Positions 11,175 to 20,094 of a stretch of DNA of 64,000 nt are shown here, one piece after another. The notes under the pieces are model-generated. The model did not search any database. It had not been told where the DNA came from and was given only the letters and a program-made list of their open reading frames with translations. This DNA comes from Dehalococcoidia bacterium (GTDB lineage Bacteria > Chloroflexota > Dehalococcoidia > Plut-88900): positions 1,344,001 through 1,408,000 of the forward strand of contig CBDBLV010000005.1 of NCBI GenBank assembly GCA_965207225.1, in the 5' to 3' direction. The translations under genes and the position numbers were made by a program. The first letter of the stretch is position 1, and every line of letters begins with the position of its first letter.

Positions 11175-12383
11175 CTATTTGTCGACGAAAACGAGGGTGC
11201 GCCGTTTGCCGACTTTCATGCGTGCTCCGGGCACGAGCTTGGACCGGTTAACGGCGTACTCGGAGAGCTTGCTGCCGTCCAGTTCGACGCCGCCGCCGTC
11301 GATGAGGCGTCGGGCTTCGCCGGTGGAAGATGCGGCTTTGTGTTCAACGAGGAGTCGGGGGATGAAGGCGGCATCTCCGTCGCTCAGGGAAGCGAGGGGG
11401 ACTTCGGTGACGATGTCGTCGGCTTCTTTGCGTTGAACGATGCGCTCGAACTCGGTCTCGGCGGAGGCGGCGGCCTGGGGGGAGTGGAACTGGGCGACGA
11501 TTTCCCGGGCGAGGCGTTTCTTGAGGTCAAGGGGGTTCACGGAGCGGGAGGCGAGGGCCTGGGACAAGTCGGAGACTTCGTTGTCGGGGAGGTCGGTGAC
11601 CAACTCTAGGTAGTTGGGGATCAGATCGTCGTTGAGGCGCATGACCTTGAAGTAGGTGTCCTTCGGTGGTTCGGCGACGCCGATGTAGTTGTCGAGGCTC
11701 TTGCTCATGCGCTGGACGCCGTCGGTGCCGACCAGGATGGGGACGAGGAGGCACTGCTGGGGTTTCTGGCCCACCATGCCCTGGAGCTCGCGCCCGAGGA
11801 GCAGGTTGAACTTCTGGTCGGTGCCGCCGAATTCGACGTCTGCTTCGACTACTGTCGAGTCATAGGCCTGGAGGAGAGGGTAGAGAAGCTCGGTTATGGC
11901 GATGGGCCGGTTGGCCTTGAAGCGGTTGGAGAAGTCCTCCCGGGCGAGGATCTGGGCGACGGTGAAGCGGCTGGTGAGGGAGATGACCTCGGTGAGGGTG
12001 AACTTGCCGAACCAGTCGCTCTGCCATCGGACCTCGGTACGGTCTTTGTCCACGACTTTGAAGAACTGCTCCATGTAGGTGCGGGCGTTCTCCTGTACCT
12101 GCTCGGCGGAGAGCATCTGCCGGGTGGCGGACTGGCCGCTGGGGTCGCCGATCTGGGCGGTCCAGTCGCCGACGATGAGGATGACGCGGTGGCCGAGCTC
12201 CTGGAACTGGCGCAGCTTGCGCAAGCCGACGGTGTGGCCGAGATGGATATCGGCGCGGCTGGGGTCGAAGCCCATCTTGAGGCGAAGGGGTCGGCCGGAG
12301 TCCAGGAGGTCTTCAAGCTCCTGCTGGCGGATGATCTCGGCGACGCCACGGGTGAAAAGGTGAGCGTATTTTTGATTAGTCAT
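11175..12383 (-). CDS. tyrS: Tyrosine--tRNA ligase
   Basis: GFDP..HLGH, IGDPSG, GGTDQ, RMSKS, C-terminal S4 domain. Confidence 0.97.
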   Translation of the reverse strand: MTNQKYAHLFTRGVAEIIRQQELEDLLDSGRPLRLKMGFDPSRADIHLGHTVGLRKLRQFQELGHRVILIVGDWTAQIGDPSGQSATRQMLSAEQVQENARTYMEQFFKVVDKDRTEVRWQSDWFGKFTLTEVISLTSRFTVAQILAREDFSNRFKANRPIAITELLYPLLQAYDSTVVEADVEFGGTDQKFNLLLGRELQGMVGQKPQQCLLVPILVGTDGVQRMSKSLDNYIGVAEPPKDTYFKVMRLNDDLIPNYLELVTDLPDNEVSDLSQALASRSVNPLDLKKRLAREIVAQFHSPQAAASAETEFERIVQRKEADDIVTEVPLASLSDGDAAFIPRLLVEHKAASSTGEARRLIDGGGVELDGSKLSEYAVNRSKLVPGARMKVGKRRTLVFVDK

Positions 12384-13306
12384 CGGCTGGGACTCGCGGC
12401 GAGGACTTTGCGGGCCACTTTCACGTCGTTGTTCATCTGCTCAATCAGCTCCGGGACGCCGGAGAAGCGCATGTCGCTGCGGACGAGGGCGAGGAAGTCG
12501 ACGGAGAGGTGCTGGCCGTAGATGTCCTCGTCGAAGTCGAAGATGAAGACCTCCGTGGCGCGGGTCTCGCCTTCGAAGGTGGGTTTGCTGCCTACGTAGG
12601 TTATGGAGTCCAGCATGCGGTCGTCCAGCAGGGCACGGGTGGCGTAGATGCCGTCGGCGAGGAGGGCGCGGTCGGGTGGGACCTGGATGTTGGCGGTGGG
12701 GAAGCCGAGGAGGCGGCCACGCTTGTCTCCGACGACCACGGGGCCCGAGAGGCGGAAGGGTCGGGCCATTAGGCGCATGGCGAGGTCGACGTTGCCGGTG
12801 GAGAGGGCTTCGCGGATGGCGGTACTGCTGACGGTGAGGTCGCCTTCGCGGATTACGTCCTGGCAGACGACTTCGTAACCGTGTTCAGTTCCGAGTCGCG
12901 TCAGGGTGGGCACGTCTCCCTCCCGGCCCTTGCCGAGGGCGAAGTCCTGGCCGCAGACTAGGGCTTTCATGTTCAGCCTGGTCACAAGCTGTTGGACGAA
13001 TTCCGAGGCCCTGAGCTGGGACACTTCCCGGGTGAAGTTGATGGCGACGACGTGGTCGATGCCGAGGGCTTTGATTGCTTCGAGGCGGGAGTCGAGGTCC
13101 ATGAGGTACTGGGGATGGAAGGCCGGGGCGAGGACGGTCAACGGATGGTTGTGGAAGGTTACGACGGCGGAGTCCAGGCCGCGACGCCCGGCTTCTTCGA
13201 TTGTGCGCTGAAAGAGGGTCTTGTGGCCTAGGTGGACGCCATCGAACACTCCGATGGCTACGGCTGTGTGGGTGTCGGGCGGGGGGCCGGCGAGCTCTTC
13301 CAGCAA
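12380..13306 (-). CDS. ribF: Bifunctional riboflavin kinase/FAD synthetase
   Basis: GVFDGVHLGH, SSTAIR, GRLLGFPTAN; TTG start. Confidence 0.96.
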   Translation of the reverse strand: MLEELAGPPPDTHTAVAIGVFDGVHLGHKTLFQRTIEEAGRRGLDSAVVTFHNHPLTVLAPAFHPQYLMDLDSRLEAIKALGIDHVVAINFTREVSQLRASEFVQQLVTRLNMKALVCGQDFALGKGREGDVPTLTRLGTEHGYEVVCQDVIREGDLTVSSTAIREALSTGNVDLAMRLMARPFRLSGPVVVGDKRGRLLGFPTANIQVPPDRALLADGIYATRALLDDRMLDSITYVGSKPTFEGETRATEVFIFDFDEDIYGQHLSVDFLALVRSDMRFSGVPELIEQMNNDVKVARKVLAASPSR

Positions 13307-13440
13307 AGGGTGGACCTATATCCGAATACGACCCCTACCGAGGGATAGGGGTCACTGGGTAGGATGGTAGCACGGGCATCGGGACAAGTCTACCAAGCAG
13401 ACGGATTCGGGGGGAAGGGGAGGCCCTGGCGTGTATTCAG

Positions 13441-14146
13441 TTGTGGGGTTTCGGGGTTTGGGTTTGTCTGTTGGGTTTTGGGTCGGCGATGGAAGACGCA
13501 CCTGGTGAGCCGTTGGTCCCTACCATGCGGTGTTCCAGCTGTCCAGGGCCATGGAGGTCCGCCGGGGGGCGGATTGCAGCCGGCCGCACCCTTATGCTCG
13601 ATGTGTGCTCCGGCTGTTCGGGCAGACAGCCGGGCTTTGACCCGCTCCCAGGCGCCTAAGGGCGCAGTGGGGGCCAGTGATCGGGCGGGTAGCCCCCGGG
13701 GGAATTTCTATTACGTGGCGCAACCACGGGTCCTGGCCGCCCCAGCTACCCCTGTGCTTGATTTGGTGTGGCGTAAGCTCGCCGACGGGCCAACCTCCGA
13801 GAGAGCTACTCTCGTGCGGGGTTTGCCGGCCCGCCACCCCTATCTTGATATAGCGCAAGTTCGCTACAGTCCGACCTCCGAGACGGTCTCTCGGCGGGGG
13901 GTGGCCGGTCTGCTTGGCTTCTATCCAGGGCGTCTTTCCATCGCCTGGGGGACAGGGAAGGGACACGGAACCCAGTGGGATGAGGAGATGGCGACGTTCG
14001 CTTGTGCCGCAACCTTCCTGCCTCGCAAGGGGGGCGATTGGCCGGTCGCCCCTACAAGAGAGGGGAGAGGTCTTGGGATGGGCTAGGGCGTTGAGTCCTC
14101 GGTGTCGGGTCTCGGGGGCTTCCCTGGGTTTTTGGTTCCTCCTTAA
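13441..14146. ncRNA. Putative large structured non-coding element, copy A (unassigned family)
   Basis: Closing stem 13485-13505 with 13925-13945, many internal hairpins, frame motifs shared with 46560-47102, no credible ORF. Confidence 0.55.
14032..14055 (-). repeat. GTAG-type REP palindrome inside element A
   Basis: Minus strand GTAGGGGCGACCGGCCAATCGCCC; related copy at 46446-46469. Confidence 0.65.
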
Positions 14147-14173
14147 GGTGGTGTCGGGTCTAGACTTAGAACA

Positions 14174-14202
14174 AATATAAGGCTCAAGTGTTTGCATGTC
14201 AA
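14174..14202 (-). promoter_or_regulatory. Sigma70-type promoter pointing into element A
   Basis: Minus strand TTGACA-17 nt-TATATT. Confidence 0.65.
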
Positions 14203-14303
14203 GGGGTAATGTCATATTTGGGGGGAATGTCTGAACTGTGATTCGTGGGATTGATGGATTGGTCTGATATGTTGGGGGGAGGGATACCCCCAGCCCCCCA
14301 GGG

Positions 14304-14419
14304 GAACCCTCACCCCCTTGATCCCCCTCTCCCTTAGGGCCTATAAGGGAGAGGGGGAAGGAAGAACAGAGGCAGACGTGGGTGCAACGCACCCACGTCT
14401 GCCTCTAGTTCATTACTGG
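14304..14419. repeat. About 116-bp double-hairpin intergenic repeat, family R1 copy 1
   Basis: CCCCCTCTCCCTTA..TAAGGGAGAGGGGG plus an 18-bp stem AGAGGCAGACGTGGGTGC/GCACCCACGTCTGCCTCT; homologs at 46271 and 47207. Confidence 0.9.
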
Positions 14420-14486
14420 AGGGAGGGGGATGGGATGGGGTTGGATGGCTTTGAGGGTGTGGCCTAGTTTGAGTAAACTGGACGGT

Positions 14487-14644
14487 ATGGCTGAGGCGAA
14501 TTTTGTGGACAAGACGATCTGGACGGGGGACAACCTCGATATTTTGCGGGGTCGTGCCCGCATTGCAATCGGATCAAAGAGGATAGGGATATGGCTTACC
14601 TGATGGCTTGGTTGGGGGAGGGGTGGGAGTTAGGATACAGATAG
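14487..14644 (+). pseudogene. Internally deleted remnant of an N4/N6 DNA methyltransferase-HNH fusion gene
   Basis: MAEANFVDKTIWTGDNLDILRG (MTase-like N-terminus, GDNL motif) joined out of frame to CPHCNRIKEDRDMAYLMAWLGE (HNH C-terminus); upstream TTGAGG-17-TAAACT ends 7 nt before the ATG, suggesting a leaderless transcript. Confidence 0.65.
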
Positions 14645-14650
14645 TAATCT

Positions 14651-15178
14651 ATGAAGGAAGATGCCAGAAGAGAAATAGAACGAGCTCACGGTATGATCGA
14701 TGCATTGGAAAAGGAGTTGGTTTCGCTGGATCATTTATATTTCGCGTTCCCAGATACCAAAACCTCTTTATTTGAGCGGTCGTACTCTAATGCCTCCACT
14801 CAAGTAGTGCCAGCTTTATTTATTTCGCATAGTCCTACCAGTGCAATAGAAGGTCCCGCAGCAATAAGAACGATTGTCGACCACAAACATCCCTTGCCAT
14901 CAGATTATGTACGAATGCCCCGCGTGAAGGACACTCGCGTGCTTATGGAAAAGGTTCCGTCCAAAAGCGTCAAAAGGCTATTGGGTAAGCGCTGTCTAGT
15001 GATTGAGAAATGGGGTAATGAGTTTGTATGTAGAGTGCCACACTACATTAGAGAAAGTGCTAAGGATGGCACTTCGGCCATAGTTGCGATTCCACCACCC
15101 GGAAAGATGTGGAATCTGACGGTAGTCAAAAAGCTCCAAGATGTGTGTCGGACTATGGGGAAGCCAATATCTACTTAG
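14651..15178 (+). CDS. Hypothetical protein, AT-rich, 175 aa
   Basis: Open ORF with atypical composition, starting 6 nt after the stop of the HNH-tail frame. Confidence 0.6.
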   Translation: MKEDARREIERAHGMIDALEKELVSLDHLYFAFPDTKTSLFERSYSNASTQVVPALFISHSPTSAIEGPAAIRTIVDHKHPLPSDYVRMPRVKDTRVLMEKVPSKSVKRLLGKRCLVIEKWGNEFVCRVPHYIRESAKDGTSAIVAIPPPGKMWNLTVVKKLQDVCRTMGKPIST

Positions 15179-15230
15179 CAATAACCATACCTGAACTAAG
15201 AGACGGCTTCGGAATGGTTGGGGGGGTGGG

Positions 15231-15426
15231 GAGGGGCTATGCAGCAGGTTCAATTCGATTTCCAGTTCAAGATTATGGAGGTGGACCATGTGGTGCCGAG
15301 AAGAGTCCGGGAGGGGAAGACAACGTGGAAAATCTGCATCTGCTGTGTCCGAACTGCAATCGGATCAAGGGGGATAGGGATATGGCTTACCTAGTGGCGA
15401 GGTTGGGGGAGGGAGGATATATGTGA
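15231..15426 (+). pseudogene. Frameshifted HNH endonuclease C-terminal fragment
   Basis: FKIMEVDHVVPR / GGEDNVENLHLLCPNCNRIKGDRDMAYLVARLGE across a frameshift; DH..P..GG..NL..LC..CN..K is the HNH signature. Confidence 0.75.
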
Positions 15427-15917
15427 TTCAACTAGTCACCTTAAGCCTTACTGCCGTAGCTGCTCTTGCCGCGGTTATAGGTGCAGTGTTCGCTTGGCTC
15501 AGTCATCGCGCTAGGTTGCGCAGCGAATTGCCAAATATAAAAGTAGGAGGATGGACCTATGAGACTCCCCGCCAACTTTTTTCTTCTCTGATTCACTTTT
15601 GGTTTGAAGTAGGGGTTGACCATAACAGCGTAGGCTGGGAAGTGATTAGAGTTGAAGCCAACAAGTCTCGCGGTAGCAAATGTCTATTGGCCTCTGTGAA
15701 TGGAGAACCCACATGGCAAGATTCATATGAATTGATCTATCCGACCAACAGAGGGCGTCTTAGAATAAAAGAGACCCAGGGATCCGGGTGGCTTACATTC
15801 ACATGCCAACGCGCGTCGAGAAAAGAAGGAAAATACAGGAAGAAGAGAGTCGCTGTGCCATACGTGGTGTGGGAGGAAAGTTATTCTATGGAACCCAAGC
15901 CTCAAGATCATACGTAG
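15423..15917 (+). CDS. Hypothetical protein with N-terminal membrane anchor, AT-rich, 164 aa
   Basis: GTGA overlap with the HNH fragment stop, GGAGG upstream, hydrophobic N-terminus. Confidence 0.6.
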   Translation: MIQLVTLSLTAVAALAAVIGAVFAWLSHRARLRSELPNIKVGGWTYETPRQLFSSLIHFWFEVGVDHNSVGWEVIRVEANKSRGSKCLLASVNGEPTWQDSYELIYPTNRGRLRIKETQGSGWLTFTCQRASRKEGKYRKKRVAVPYVVWEESYSMEPKPQDHT

Positions 15918-16051
15918 CTTGGGATTGCAAATGCCTCAGATTCCTCGCGGGGCATGGGAATGGGATGTAAGGGGTGTGGGGAAGGGGTGTATACTCTGCG
16001 ACAACCAGTCGGGATTCGGGTCGAAGCCATGGGAATTGAGGGGGTAGAAGC

Positions 16052-17380
16052 ATGTCGCAGTTGAGGGTTGTACATTACCTGAACCAGTTTTTTGCGGGGA
16101 TTGGCGGGGAAGAGAAGGCGGATACGGCCCCGGGCTCGGAGGGCGGTCCGCTGGGTCCGGGAATCGCCCTTAATCAGGCGCTGATTTCTTCGGAGGAAGG
16201 GGAGGTGGCGGCGACGGTATATTGCGGCGATACGTATTTCACGGAGAACCAGGAGGAGGCGCTGGAGCGGATCGTGGAGCTGGTGGGGGAGTCGGGGGCG
16301 GAGGTGCTAGTGGCGGGGCCGGCGTTTGGGTCGGGTCGGTACGGGCTGGCGTGCGCGCAGGTGTGCCAGAGGGTCGGGGCTGCGCTGGGGATCCCGGTTG
16401 TTTCGGGGATGCACCCCAGGAACCCGGGGGCGGAGCAGTACAGGGGACAGGTGTACATGGCTTCGACTTCGGATACGGCGGTGGGGATGGGGGTGGCGAT
16501 AGAGGTGATGGCGAAGCTGGCGGTGAAGCTGGGTCGGGGGGAGGAACTCGGACCTGCGGACGAGGACGGGTACATACCGACGGGTCGGGTGAAGACGCAA
16601 GTACACGAGAAGACGATGGCGCAGCGGCTGGTGGACATGGTGCTGAAGAAGGTGAACGGGGAGCCTTTCGAGACGGAGTGGCCCCTGCCTTCGATGGAGA
16701 AGATAGAACCTGCGCCGGCTATAGGGTCGGTGGCCGGGGCAAGGATAGCGCTGGTGACGGAGGGGGGAGTCGTGCCTCGGGGGAACCCGGACAAGATCCC
16801 GAGCGGGTGGGCGAAGCACTGGGCGCGTTATGACATCGGCGAGGTGTCGGACTTCACCCCCGATAAGTGGCAATCCGTCCACGGTGGCTTCGACACAACC
16901 AAGCTGAATGAAGATCCCGACAGGGTCCTGCCCCTCGACGTGATGCGGGACCTCGAGAAAGAGAAGGCCATAGGCAAGGTCCACGAGTACATGTATTCCA
17001 CCGTAGGGAATATCGGCTACGTGGCGGACATGAAACGGTTCGGAGAGGACATAGCGGCGGAACTGCAGGCGGCGGGGGTACAGGGGGTGATCCTGACCGG
17101 GACCTGAGGCACCGGCACGCGTAGCGGGGCTACGCTGGCGAAGGAGCTGGAGAGGGCCGGGCTGCCGACGGCATTTATCACGGCGATGGTGCCGCTGGCA
17201 CAGAGTATCGGGGCGAACCGGATCGTGCAGGGGAAAGCGGTGACAACGACGACGGGAGATCCCGATCTCCCGCCGGATGAGGAGAGGGCTTTCAGGCGTC
17301 GGCTGGTGGAACGGGCGCTGAAGTCTCTGGAGTCGACCCCCGAAGGGCAGGAGGTGGTGTGGGGGGAGGACCGGGGCTAG
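16052..17380 (+). CDS. grdB: Glycine/betaine/sarcosine reductase selenoprotein B-like protein, 442 aa, Sec at codon 352 (TGA 17105-17107)
   Basis: HYLNQFFAGIGGEE, CGDTYF, AGPAFGSGRYG, HGGFD; homology continues in frame past TGA (GATLAKELERAG..GANRIV..GDP). Confidence 0.88.
17108..17138 (+). promoter_or_regulatory. Bacterial SECIS element
   Basis: GCGTAGC-GGG-GCTACGC stem-loop starting 11 nt after the in-frame UGA, G-containing apical loop. Confidence 0.75.
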
Positions 17381-18915
17381 ACGGCGACGCGTTCCAGGTC
17401 TTTCAGGATGGCTCGGGCGGCGTTGTAGCCCGGGGCGCCGGTAATCTCGCCGCCGGGGTGGGTGCCTGAGCCGCACATATAGAAGCGGTCGATGGTCGAG
17501 CGGTAGGGCATCCGGCCTGTGAAGATCTGCTTACTGGTGATGTCTATGTGTCGGATGTTGCCGTCGGTGAGGAACTGGCGGATTTCAATGTCCTCGGGGG
17601 TTTGGAGGGTCCAGTCGACGATGGACTCACGGAAGTTGGGGGCATAGGTTGTGAGGATGTCGATCAGCTGCTCTCCCACCTTGGGCCCTTCCACGTCCCA
17701 GGAGCCGTCCTTCAACTCAGCAGGCGCGTAAAGCGTCCACGAAGACAGCACATGATGGCCCGCCGGGGTCAACGATTTGTCGTAGATTGAGGGCATCTGG
17801 ACGTTCATCACGGGGCAGCTGGAGGGGTAGCCGTTCTTGGCGTCGTCCCAGCTTTGCTGGAAGTACTCCACCGAGGGACAGATTCGGAAGTAGGCGGTGA
17901 GCCGGGGGTCGTAGCCTTCGCCGAGGTAGCTGCTGAAGTCGGGGAGCTCACGGAGGGCTACGAGGAGCTTGACGCAGTTGGCCCGGGTGGTGAGGCCGTC
18001 GACCTTGGAGCGGGTGGCGGGGTCGACATCTGCGGAGTCGATGAGGTCATTGTAGGTGCGCTTGGGGTCGGCGTTGGAGACGACCATGAAGCTCCTGATC
18101 TCCTCGCCATTTTCTAGGCGGACGCCGACGGCGGTGCCGTTTTCGACGATGACCTTGTCGACGACGGTGTTGAGGCGGATCTCGACGCCGAGGGACTCGG
18201 CGTAGCGGGCCATGGAGAAGGGAAGCTGGCTCATGCCTCCGCGGGGGATGCCGTAGTTCTCGGGCTTGGTGAAGGCGTTGACGCGGAGGTAGGCGAGGCT
18301 GAGGATGCTGCCGGGGGCGCTCGGGTCACCGGCGTCCTGGGCGTCGATGAAGTGGGCCTTGACCTGGGGGTGCTCGAAGTGCTGGTCAACGAGGTCCCTC
18401 ATGCTGACGGTTAGCATGGTCTCCCAGACTTCCTCGTCGCTGGTGCCCCGGACGTCCTGATAGACCTCGGCGATGGTAGGGGGTTCTCGGAACCAGTAGC
18501 GATGCAGGATGGCGGAGGCGCGTTCCCAGAAGGACGCCCATTCCGGGAAGGCCTGGGCGTCCTTTTCGGAGAAGCGGGCCAGCTCTCGGGCGTTCTTGTG
18601 GTTTTCCCGGTAGGTCATGATGTAGTTGCCGTCCGGGAAGGGGTCGAAGCGAAAGGTGGTGAAGGGGATGATGTCGAGGCCGTTGTCACGCAGCTTGAGG
18701 TCGTCGATGACTCGGCCCTGCATGATGTGCAGGATGTAGGCGCAGTACGGGATGTTGAAGCCGGGAGCGAGTTCGTCGGTCACCACAGCGCCGCCGACCA
18801 TCTCGAGGCGCTCCAATACGAGGACCTTCAGGCCCTCCTGGGCGAGGTACCCGGCGGTGACGAGGCCGTTGTGCCCCGCCCCGATGATGATGGCGTCGTA
18901 CTGGTGCTGCTGCAT
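17377..18915 (-). CDS. Phytoene dehydrogenase-like (PYROXD2-type) FAD oxidoreductase
   Basis: IIGAGHNGL, ERLEMVGGA, GGMSQL, SNADPKRT, CGSGTHPGGEITGAPGYNAA. Confidence 0.9.
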   Translation of the reverse strand: MQQHQYDAIIIGAGHNGLVTAGYLAQEGLKVLVLERLEMVGGAVVTDELAPGFNIPYCAYILHIMQGRVIDDLKLRDNGLDIIPFTTFRFDPFPDGNYIMTYRENHKNARELARFSEKDAQAFPEWASFWERASAILHRYWFREPPTIAEVYQDVRGTSDEEVWETMLTVSMRDLVDQHFEHPQVKAHFIDAQDAGDPSAPGSILSLAYLRVNAFTKPENYGIPRGGMSQLPFSMARYAESLGVEIRLNTVVDKVIVENGTAVGVRLENGEEIRSFMVVSNADPKRTYNDLIDSADVDPATRSKVDGLTTRANCVKLLVALRELPDFSSYLGEGYDPRLTAYFRICPSVEYFQQSWDDAKNGYPSSCPVMNVQMPSIYDKSLTPAGHHVLSSWTLYAPAELKDGSWDVEGPKVGEQLIDILTTYAPNFRESIVDWTLQTPEDIEIRQFLTDGNIRHIDITSKQIFTGRMPYRSTIDRFYMCGSGTHPGGEITGAPGYNAARAILKDLERVAV

Positions 18916-18940
18916 GATTGGTTGTCTCCGGGGGTCGGGG

Positions 18941-20032
18941 CTAGTTGAACATGATGACGCTTCGGGCGATGTGGGCGTCCCGCATGTCTTCGAAGGCCTG
19001 GTTGATGTCCTCCAACTGGATACGCTTGGAGATGATTTCGTCGAGCTTCAGGCGGCCCTGTCGGTAGAGCTCCATGTACTGGGGCATGTCGACGCGGAAG
19101 TGGTTTGAGCCCATGTTGCTGCCCTGGAGTCGGCGGCCGTCCAGCAAGGCAGGCCCGTCAATGGTGACCTTAGTGCCCTGCGGAATCATGCCGATGACGG
19201 TAGCGGTGCCGCCCTTGTCGAGCATGTCATAGCACTGCTCGGCGGTTACGGCCTTACCTATGGCTTCGAAGGAATAGTCGACCCCAAGCCCACCAGTCAT
19301 GGCCTTGACCCTGTCGACAACGTCACCCTTGGAAGCGTCTATTACGTCGGTAGCGCCGACTCTCTGGGCGAATCCCAGCTTGTCCTCCACGGCGTCAATG
19401 GCTATGACCTTTGCCGCTCCGGCGATGAGAGCGCCGTTGATGGCGCTCAGTCCCACGCCGCCGCAGCCGACAACGGCTACTGTGCTGCCGGGCCTGACCC
19501 TGGCAGTATTCATGGCCGCTCCGACACCGGTGGTAACGCCGCAGCCGATGAGGGCCTGTACTTCGATGGGCACGTCTTCTTCCACTACTACCGCTGCGTT
19601 TTCGTGGACGAGCATGTACTCAGCAAAGGAGGAGAGGTTCATGGCCTGGTGGATCACCTCGTCGCCCTTGTGGAGGCGAGGGGCCTCGTCGCGGCTCCTC
19701 TTCAGGCCGACGCCCCTGCAGTTCACCATCTCTCCTTGAATGCACTTGTCGCAGGTGCCGCAGAACACGGACAGGCAGGTTATGACCCGGTCTCCGGGCT
19801 GATGGTAGGTCACCTGGGACCCGACCGCAGCGACGGTGCCTGCGGCCTCGTGGCCGAGGATGGTGGGGAGGGGGCACTTGTAGAGGCCGTCGACGTAGTG
19901 GAGGTCACTGTGGCAAACGCCGGATGCGCCGGTCTTGACGAGGATTTCTCGGGGGCCGGGTTCGCCGACGTCAACCTCTTCAATCGAAACCTCTTCGTAG
20001 GGGGCTCTCATCACGGCTGCTTTCATCTTCAT
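18941..20032 (-). CDS. Zn-dependent alcohol dehydrogenase (class III-like MDR)
   Basis: CHSD, GHEAAG, structural Zn CxxCxxC, GCGVTTG, GCGGVG. Confidence 0.93.
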   Translation of the reverse strand: MKMKAAVMRAPYEEVSIEEVDVGEPGPREILVKTGASGVCHSDLHYVDGLYKCPLPTILGHEAAGTVAAVGSQVTYHQPGDRVITCLSVFCGTCDKCIQGEMVNCRGVGLKRSRDEAPRLHKGDEVIHQAMNLSSFAEYMLVHENAAVVVEEDVPIEVQALIGCGVTTGVGAAMNTARVRPGSTVAVVGCGGVGLSAINGALIAGAAKVIAIDAVEDKLGFAQRVGATDVIDASKGDVVDRVKAMTGGLGVDYSFEAIGKAVTAEQCYDMLDKGGTATVIGMIPQGTKVTIDGPALLDGRRLQGSNMGSNHFRVDMPQYMELYRQGRLKLDEIISKRIQLEDINQAFEDMRDAHIARSVIMFN

Positions 20033-20094
20033 GTCGGGTGTCCTCCTTGGGGGTGTGGGGCGGGGGTCCTAGTTGCTCCGATTGCCAGTCCTGA

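Noticed and set aside
13485-13500. GGCGATGG as the start of a fluoride riboswitch
   Set aside because: The local TCGCC partner and downstream consensus are missing; the pairing partner is over 400 nt away and no fluoride-related gene is adjacent
13441-14146. Element A as a T-box or FMN riboswitch for ribF-tyrS
   Set aside because: No T-box GGTGGNACC antiterminator or RFN consensus seen, and the paralog lies upstream of unrelated genes
13364-14392. ORFs 13364-14086 (+) and 13592-14392 (-), and similar ORFs at 46158-47412
   Set aside because: No recognisable domains; they run through palindromic repeats. The shared MRCTHVCLCSS start of two ORFs merely reflects the R1 repeat, and A and B conserve pairing rather than reading frame.
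17105-17107. grdB-like gene as a nonsense pseudogene
   Set aside because: TGA is exactly at the family's Sec position and is followed by a SECIS-like hairpin
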